DNA from: Candidatus Hermodarchaeota archaeon
GTDB taxonomy: Archaea; Asgardarchaeota; Hermodarchaeia; Hermodarchaeales; Hermodarchaeaceae
NCBI GenBank assembly: GCA_016839365.1
Contig: JAEOUH010000035.1
Location: 1 to 13,855, forward strand
Length of the DNA stretch: 13,855 bases
Direction of reading: 5' to 3'
The notes under the pieces are model-generated. The model saw only the letters and a program-made list of their open reading frames with translations, did no database searches and was not told where the DNA came from. The first letter of the stretch is position 1; the number at the start of each line of letters is the position of its first letter. A program made the translations under genes and the position numbers. Positions 8,378 to 13,855 of the stretch are shown in pieces.

Positions 8378-10129
8378 ATGAAGAAACTGGTTCATCATGG
8401 CGTTCGTGTAGCAAAACTGCCAGCAACGACTGGGATGGTTCTCACCATCAGGGGTACAGACTATACACTGAATGCACGGCAAGAAGAAATGATGCGAGCC
8501 TTCGTTTCGAAACGCCATCTTGGTTACTGGGAGGATCAAGTCTTTGTGCGCAACTTTCTAAAAGATTTCAGCAAAGCCTTGGGTATCAAACCTGTTCTGA
8601 AACCCCAAGAAGTCAATCTAGAATCTTTGTTTCGTGAAGGTATCACCCAACGGGAACATGAACTGCAGCAGAAAGAAGCCATGACCAAAGAGGAACGAAA
8701 AGAATTAGCCGCACAGCGGAAAGAAATCCGGGAAGCCTTACGTGCTAAGTATGGGTATGCGGAAATTGATGGTGAGCGCGTGGAAGTGTCGAATTGGACC
8801 GCGGAGCCCAGCTGTATCTTCATGGGTCGAGGTACACATCCCCTTCGTGGACGATGGAAACCAGGACCCCAAGAAGAGGATATTACGCTAAATTTGAGCC
8901 CAGATGCACCCATGCCTGAAGGGAACTGGGCTGGGCGCCTTTGGCAACCCGATAGCCTCTGGCTGGCAAGATGGGAAGACAAACTCTCAGGAAAAGTCAA
9001 GTACGTCTGGGTATCGGATACCGCTACGATCAAACAGGATCGGGAAGCCCAAAAATTCGCGGTAGCCCAACAGCTGGCGAAGCGTATCAATAGCGTGCGC
9101 CACTCAATTCAGAATGACTTGAATTCCAATCAGCCTAGACGACGAAAAATCGCCACCGCTTGTTATCTGATTGATGCGTTAAGCTTGCGTGTAGGTGATG
9201 AGAAAGACCCCGATGAGGCTGACACTGTAGGCGCTACCACACTCCGACCTGAACATGTCACAATTAGAGAAGATGGGGTAGTCGAGTTTCAGTTTCTTGG
9301 AAAAGATTCCGTACCTTGGCACAAGACCGCGAAACTACCTCCTGAGGTTGTAGACCAATTACAGGTGCTGATAGATAATGCCAGAGCACCCCGCTCTGGT
9401 GATCGGCGCGGTCATCCGAGCCTTGACCGCCCCCAAATATTTCCCGATGTGAAGAGTCGTAACGTTAACGCCTATCTTTCCGAAATCCTGCCGGGACTTA
9501 CCGCCAAAGTCTTCCGCACATACCATGCCAGCAGCACTGTTCGGACTTCCCTCAGCCGCGCAAAAGTAAAGCCCGTCGACCCGAATTGGATAAAGAAAGA
9601 TGCCGCAAAGCGGGCGAATCTGGAAGCTGCAATTGTATGTAATCACACTAAACAGGCACCTAAAGGTTGGAACGCCCGGCTCCAACGCTTTCGCGAACAG
9701 CAAAAACGCGCAAACGAACGCATTGCCAAGGCGAAAGAAAACCTAGCAGCTCGACAAGCCCGTCAAAAAGAACTTGAAGCCAAACAACTGGCTAAACTCA
9801 AGCAATTACAGGAGAGAGGCCACCCTATTCCCCGGGGTAAGAATCGGCCCTTCGCCAGTTCAATTGCCTCAGCTCGAAGAAGCGTTGAAACTGCCAAAGA
9901 GCGCCTTGCACGTGCCATGGACGCAAAGGCGAAACTCAATTCGCAGTATGATATTGCCAAGAAAACCCGCACCTGGAATCTGGGAACGAGCCTCAAGTCC
10001 TACATTGATCCGCGCATCTATCGCGACTGGGGTCGCCAAGTTAAGTACGATTGGAAGGATTTCTACCCCTCAACCTTACAACGAAAATTCGCTTGGATTG
10101 ACAAAGACGACCAAAACAATGAATGCTAG
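8378..10129 (+). CDS. top1: DNA topoisomerase IB, eukaryote/archaeal long type
   Basis: IFMGRGTHPLRG, LRVGDEK..EADTVG, FLGKDS, LTAKVFRTY, CNH, LGTSLKSYIDPR. All five catalytic residues (R, K, R, H, Y) are present, with a coiled-coil linker before Tyr542 (10001-10003). Confidence 0.96.
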   Translation: MKKLVHHGVRVAKLPATTGMVLTIRGTDYTLNARQEEMMRAFVSKRHLGYWEDQVFVRNFLKDFSKALGIKPVLKPQEVNLESLFREGITQREHELQQKEAMTKEERKELAAQRKEIREALRAKYGYAEIDGERVEVSNWTAEPSCIFMGRGTHPLRGRWKPGPQEEDITLNLSPDAPMPEGNWAGRLWQPDSLWLARWEDKLSGKVKYVWVSDTATIKQDREAQKFAVAQQLAKRINSVRHSIQNDLNSNQPRRRKIATACYLIDALSLRVGDEKDPDEADTVGATTLRPEHVTIREDGVVEFQFLGKDSVPWHKTAKLPPEVVDQLQVLIDNARAPRSGDRRGHPSLDRPQIFPDVKSRNVNAYLSEILPGLTAKVFRTYHASSTVRTSLSRAKVKPVDPNWIKKDAAKRANLEAAIVCNHTKQAPKGWNARLQRFREQQKRANERIAKAKENLAARQARQKELEAKQLAKLKQLQERGHPIPRGKNRPFASSIASARRSVETAKERLARAMDAKAKLNSQYDIAKKTRTWNLGTSLKSYIDPRIYRDWGRQVKYDWKDFYPSTLQRKFAWIDKDDQNNEC

Positions 10130-10803
10130 TCGACTTTGTTTCTCGGTGTACGTGTAAGTTTACGGATTTCTGTTTGAAAAGCCTTTGCAGCACGGGAAGG
10201 GCTCTTCGCCTTGGTTATCCCTCCACCGGCGATCACGATTTCGACCGGGTAAGCCAAGATATTTGGTAGGTCAGCTACTCGAATACCTCCCGCCACAGCC
10301 AAGCAGGGATGACCGCGTAATCGAGAAACTTGGTCTAGCTCCGATAAAGGCGAGCGTCGTGCGGCACGTCGATCTAACCCACTGTGAACCAAAGCATAAT
10401 GGATCTCTGTTCCTTTATACTCTAAACCAATGATATCCGCTAGCCGACTAACAGGAATCCGGGATACAATTAAATCGGCCATAACCTCAATGCCAAATTC
10501 ATGGGCGGCTTGCAACGCCCCAATGAGCGTTTCATTATACGCATCGGCAAGAACCGTTACGATATCAGCTGATGCTCGGGCTGCCATGTGCACCTCTAAA
10601 TACCCCGCATCAGCGGTTTTAAGGTCCGCACACAACGCCTTGTCGGGGTGTGCCTTTTTGATCGCTTTCACAGCTCCAATCCCTTCCGCTTTGATGAGCG
10701 GCGTTCCCACCTCCATGATATCCACATAAGGGGCAACCTGTTCTGCGATTTTGAGGGCATCAGCGAGATTTTCATAGTCCAACGCAACTTGCAGCCGTAC
10801 CAT
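10126..10803 (-). CDS. hxlA: 3-hexulose-6-phosphate synthase-like enzyme (HPS/KGPDC branch of the OMP decarboxylase superfamily)
   Basis: MVRLQVALD, EVGTPLIKAEG, DLKTADAG, ADIVTVL, VHSGLD, AVAGGI. Start moved to ATG 10803. The stop overlaps the top1 stop in CTAG (10126-10129). Confidence 0.8.
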   Translation of the reverse strand: MVRLQVALDYENLADALKIAEQVAPYVDIMEVGTPLIKAEGIGAVKAIKKAHPDKALCADLKTADAGYLEVHMAARASADIVTVLADAYNETLIGALQAAHEFGIEVMADLIVSRIPVSRLADIIGLEYKGTEIHYALVHSGLDRRAARRSPLSELDQVSRLRGHPCLAVAGGIRVADLPNILAYPVEIVIAGGGITKAKSPSRAAKAFQTEIRKLTRTPRNKVD

Positions 10804-10838
10804 GGTGAGCACATCCCATACACATCCCTGAGGGGCTC

Positions 10839-10846
10839 CTATAAAA
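10839..10846 (-). promoter_or_regulatory. TATA-like box for the HPS-like gene
   Basis: TTTTATAG on the minus strand, 36-43 bp upstream of ATG 10803, in the divergent intergenic region. Confidence 0.4.
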
Positions 10847-10963
10847 GCACCCATCACCCTTTCTTTTCCACCAAGAGGGAAGAAATTCCAAGGAATTGGT
10901 TGCGACACTGGTCGCTTCAGTGACACGAAAGGATAAAAGGCGCAAACTAGTCTACTGTCACAT

Positions 10964-11347
10964 ATGAGAGCGTTAACTTGTATTGCGATTCTCTTTGGAA
11001 TCATCGCCATCGCTGCGGGATTCCTCGGTTTGATGTTCTTCATAGCCACAGTCGGTGACATCGTCGCCAATCAAACGACTGCCCTCATGCTCTTCGGTGC
11101 AGCAGGGATTATGATAGTCGTCGCCATCATTCTGGGCTATCTTGGCCAACGGCAACCAGAACGGGTCGTCGTCAAAGCCCAAGTCGATCTCCCTGGTGAC
11201 TTTGATGTTAGTCAGGTTAAATGCCCCCATTGTGGTGGTTCACCCGATCGTGAACACCTCGCCTACGATCCCCGAATTGGTGCAGTTGTTCTCACCTGCC
11301 CCTACTGTAACAGAGTCTCCCAACTTGTCGAAGATGTCAAATGGTAA
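10964..11347 (+). CDS. Hypothetical protein: two N-terminal TM helices and a C-terminal Zn-ribbon
   Basis: Two long hydrophobic segments followed by CPHC-X18-CPYC, ending VEDVKW. Confidence 0.85.
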   Translation: MRALTCIAILFGIIAIAAGFLGLMFFIATVGDIVANQTTALMLFGAAGIMIVVAIILGYLGQRQPERVVVKAQVDLPGDFDVSQVKCPHCGGSPDREHLAYDPRIGAVVLTCPYCNRVSQLVEDVKW

Positions 11348-11443
11348 TCTCATGACTAAAAACAAAAAAACCCGTATTGCGCTAACACCCTCACGAACTT
11401 CCAATACTGTCCTTTGAGGACCCAGACTGAGCTGAAACCGTAA

Positions 11444-11812
11444 ATGCCCCCAATACCGCCTGAAACACCTTCCAAGTCAATGTCGTCGGACGACATTGTA
11501 AAACAGATTTCAAAAGTATTAGAGGACTTGAAGAAAGACGGAAAAATCATCCGAATACGAATTTGTCCCAAATGCAAATCCCCGAATATACGAGGACAAG
11601 AAACCTGGTATGATATTGGAGGCGCTATGGGAATTTCACCGCCCAAATACCGCTGCCTTCAATGCGGGTACTGGGGGCGGGTTATCCTCGAAGCTACCAA
11701 CGAAGACTTTGATGAACGGATCCTCGATGAACTCAATCGCACAGATGTTCAAAGCGCCCAAAAACTCTTGAACGACATCAACCAACAAGCAACCGAAGAA
11801 GAAGATCAATGA
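11444..11812 (+). CDS. Hypothetical soluble Zn-ribbon protein
   Basis: ICPKCKS...KYRCLQCGYWG and an acidic C-terminus. The stop overlaps the next in-frame ATG (ATGA, 11809-11812). Confidence 0.82.
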   Translation: MPPIPPETPSKSMSSDDIVKQISKVLEDLKKDGKIIRIRICPKCKSPNIRGQETWYDIGGAMGISPPKYRCLQCGYWGRVILEATNEDFDERILDELNRTDVQSAQKLLNDINQQATEEEDQ

Positions 11813-13575
11813 ATGGATGTGCACAACTGTTGACACGAATCAAACTCATGCCTCTCACTCTTCTGGCATTACTCTTCCTCATGCTCGCTAGCCCTTTCAT
11901 GTTCACACAATTTTCTGCAGTGGCTGACACACCAAACAATACCACTCTTTCGAATCGATCGAGCCCTATGAATTATGATTTCCGTGTCCTCAATGAAACC
12001 GTGCACGTCATCCCCCAAATGGATGCGTCAGTAATCATTAATTATTCCATCTCCTTCGAAAACTATGGCACCGACTTCGACTACATCGATATCGGTCTGC
12101 CGAATTCCTACTACGTGCTTTCCAGTTTCCGAGCCTATTGGTCCCTCAGCAATGCACCCTATGTTGAACTTAGCGTCGCCCCCTCTGAGGCAATCGCCAT
12201 TGGTATTGAAATCTTCATCCCGGTGGCTCTCCGACCCGGAAACGGTGAAAACGGGACAATTATTGTTTGGGGTAACCAACAACGCATGGTCTATCTTGAC
12301 ACCGATCCAGCAACTCCTGGTTATGTTGGCTACGAATTCATTCCCACCTGGTATGGGTCCAGCTATAACCGTGGGACCGATTATCTCGGCTGTCACCTCC
12401 ACTTCCCCAATGGGTTCAACAATGGCACCCTCGCCAAATACCACCACACAGCACCCACCACCTACTACTGGACTAACACCAACCTAGTCTACCTATGGGA
12501 ATACACTAACCTCCCCAACTATCAAGGACTACCCCACGGCATCAGCTTTCCCTATGACGAATCTTACATCACCACCTACTTCACCACAGGAGGAGGCATC
12601 GATTGGGGCGGGATTTTAGAGGAATACTTTGACCTCATCATCTTTGCCGTCATTGCCATTGTCATCTTTGGCGCCTGCTGTCTCAGCATTACTCGAAGCG
12701 TCCGAGCAGGTGGGACCGCTCGTGGCCTGGTCAAACGCGGCTATCTACCCCCCGCTGTGAAAGTTGAAGCACTGGGAGTTCGCCGTGGCCTCACCGTCGT
12801 AGAGGCGGCGGTACTTAACGAAGTCCCGCTCAACCGGGTGTTCACCATGATTGTCTTCGGCCTTCTCAAGAAAGAGCTCATCACCATCCAACGCGAAGGC
12901 AAAGCTAAACCCACCTTTCACCCCGACCAGGCCAACATCGCCAAGGCTGCTGGTAGCCAAGGGCGCTTCCACTACTACGAACGCCTCTTCATCAAAGCCA
13001 TCACCTCCCAAGGCAACCTTGACAAAACTGCAGTTCGCACCATGCTCAACACCCTCATCAAAACCACCGCCCGTAAACTCGAAGGCTACTCCCGCACCGA
13101 CACCAAAGCCTTCTACACCCGCATGATCGACCAGGCCTGGCGCCACATCGACCAAGCCACCACCCCCGACGCCCAAGCCAACGCCCTCAACGACTACGCC
13201 GAATGGCTCCTCCTCACCCCCGACTACGACCACCGCATCAAACCCTACCACCACTACCACGTCCCCGGCTGGTACTGGTGGTGGATCTGGGCCAGCCACC
13301 CCCGCCCCCACGTCATCACCCCCACCGTCCCCACCACCGCCATCCGCCCCACCACCCCCATCACCCTCACCGACTTCGCCAACGCCACCGTCCTCGGCAC
13401 CCAAAACTTCGCCAACAACGTAGTAACAGGATTCCAGAACCTCGCCAACCAAATCGCCACCGCCTTCCGCCCCCCACCACCCCCACCCCCCAGAAGCTCA
13501 TTCAGCGGCCGCAGCTGCGCCTGTGCCTGCGCCTGCGTATCTTGTGCGTGTGCTTGTGCGGGGGGAGGGCGTTAG
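11809..13575 (+). CDS. Hypothetical membrane protein (DUF2207-like architecture) with a polyproline stretch and a C-terminal (Cys-Ala)n-GGGR tail
   Basis: Signal/TM segment, Tyr/Asn-rich domain with several N-x-S/T sequons, TM LIIFAVIAIVIFGACC, then a basic region, P7 and CACACACVSCACACAGGGR-stop. Alternative start ATG 11848. Confidence 0.88.
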   Translation: MNGCAQLLTRIKLMPLTLLALLFLMLASPFMFTQFSAVADTPNNTTLSNRSSPMNYDFRVLNETVHVIPQMDASVIINYSISFENYGTDFDYIDIGLPNSYYVLSSFRAYWSLSNAPYVELSVAPSEAIAIGIEIFIPVALRPGNGENGTIIVWGNQQRMVYLDTDPATPGYVGYEFIPTWYGSSYNRGTDYLGCHLHFPNGFNNGTLAKYHHTAPTTYYWTNTNLVYLWEYTNLPNYQGLPHGISFPYDESYITTYFTTGGGIDWGGILEEYFDLIIFAVIAIVIFGACCLSITRSVRAGGTARGLVKRGYLPPAVKVEALGVRRGLTVVEAAVLNEVPLNRVFTMIVFGLLKKELITIQREGKAKPTFHPDQANIAKAAGSQGRFHYYERLFIKAITSQGNLDKTAVRTMLNTLIKTTARKLEGYSRTDTKAFYTRMIDQAWRHIDQATTPDAQANALNDYAEWLLLTPDYDHRIKPYHHYHVPGWYWWWIWASHPRPHVITPTVPTTAIRPTTPITLTDFANATVLGTQNFANNVVTGFQNLANQIATAFRPPPPPPPRSSFSGRSCACACACVSCACACAGGGR

Positions 13576-13817
13576 CAGGCGTGCGTATGTCAAGAATGTT
13601 AGGCATTCTGTGCTCCTAGAGTAATACCGTGGTTTCGTATGGAGAATTATTTATAGGTGATACGCTAGGCTGTACGCCGAGGTTATGGAGGAATCGTGGT
13701 CCCTCGGAGAACCATTGCGATATTCCTTCTTCTCCTTCTTTGTCTTGTTGTAGGATTTGGGATAGTACAAGTGTTAAAAATTCTAACTGCCGTGCTTGCG
13801 CTGGGGGCGGCAGATAG
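13550..13817 (+). repeat. Imperfect direct repeat of the gene end (13550-13575 vs 13792-13817) bracketing a short intervening segment
   Basis: GT GCT TGT GCG GGG GGA GGG CGT TAG vs GT GCT TGC GCT GGG GGC GGC AGA TAG. Both encode ACAGGGR-stop and all differences are synonymous. Confidence 0.8.
13792..13817 (+). pseudogene. Displaced 3' fragment of a Cys-Ala-tail gene
   Basis: Encodes ACAGGGR-stop, identical in protein sequence to the end of 11809-13575, without the upstream gene body. Confidence 0.6.
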
Positions 13818-13855
13818 TAGTATTCCAATAAAAAAGGATTCTAAACTTCTTATTC

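Noticed and set aside
8536-9090. 184-aa antisense ORF and other short ORFs nested in the ALS-like, acylase and top1 genes
   Set aside because: They lie within well-supported genes and show no recognisable motifs.
10884-10897. AATTCCAAGGAATT dyad as an ORB-like origin box
   Set aside because: Single short copy, no G-string, no cdc6/orc1 adjacent; at most a minor regulator site.
10804-11070. 88-aa N-terminal extension of the HPS ORF
   Set aside because: It overlaps the divergent gene and promoter region. Family similarity begins at MVRLQVALD (10803).
12745-13452. 235-aa Gly/Val-rich antisense ORF
   Set aside because: By-product of third-position C saturation in the sense gene, which removes antisense stop codons.
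13516-13560. Microsatellite or CRISPR-like repeat
   Set aside because: The periodicity is explained by Cys-Ala codons with synonymous variation; there are no spacers.
13203-13619. His/Pro/Arg-rich alternative-frame ORF (also 12851-13126, Pro/Ser/Thr-rich)
   Set aside because: Shifted-frame readings of the C-rich, T-poor tract within a coherent gene.
13576-13790. Group II intron (GTGCG near 13581, CTAAC before the distal repeat)
   Set aside because: Too short, no recognisable domain V, no reverse transcriptase, and GTGCG also arises from Cys-Ala codons.
13550-13817. Diversity-generating retroelement TR/VR pair
   Set aside because: The repeat is only about 26 bp, differences are synonymous and not adenine-specific, and no RT gene is in the window.

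Overview
Gene-dense chromosomal window, most likely from an archaeon. The evidence is a PAC2/Pba protein with an HbYX tail, a eukaryote-type topoisomerase IB, TATA-like boxes and sequon-rich surface domains. A TACK/Asgard-type lineage is inference only. Gene order: partial DUF134 regulator with a perfect 22-bp palindrome at its start (-); acetolactate-synthase-like ThDP enzyme and NUDIX hydrolase (+); PAC2 chaperone and Hsp20 (-); DUF6504-like protein (+); membrane-anchored SAM methyltransferase (-); penicillin-acylase-family Ntn hydrolase and a 4-TM protein (+); topoisomerase IB (+); hexulose-6-phosphate synthase-like gene (-); then three uncharacterised + strand genes (two Zn-ribbon proteins and a 588-aa membrane protein ending CACACACVSCACACAGGGR). 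The right end is the most unusual part. The last gene becomes almost saturated for C/A at synonymous sites, the skew flips to G/T inside the Cys-Ala tail, and a synonymously recoded second copy of the gene end (ACAGGGR-stop) lies 242 bp downstream. This looks like a gene-end-replacing insertion or recombination scar. No rRNA, tRNA, CRISPR array or transposase was recognised. All family calls come from motif recognition by eye, not database searches.
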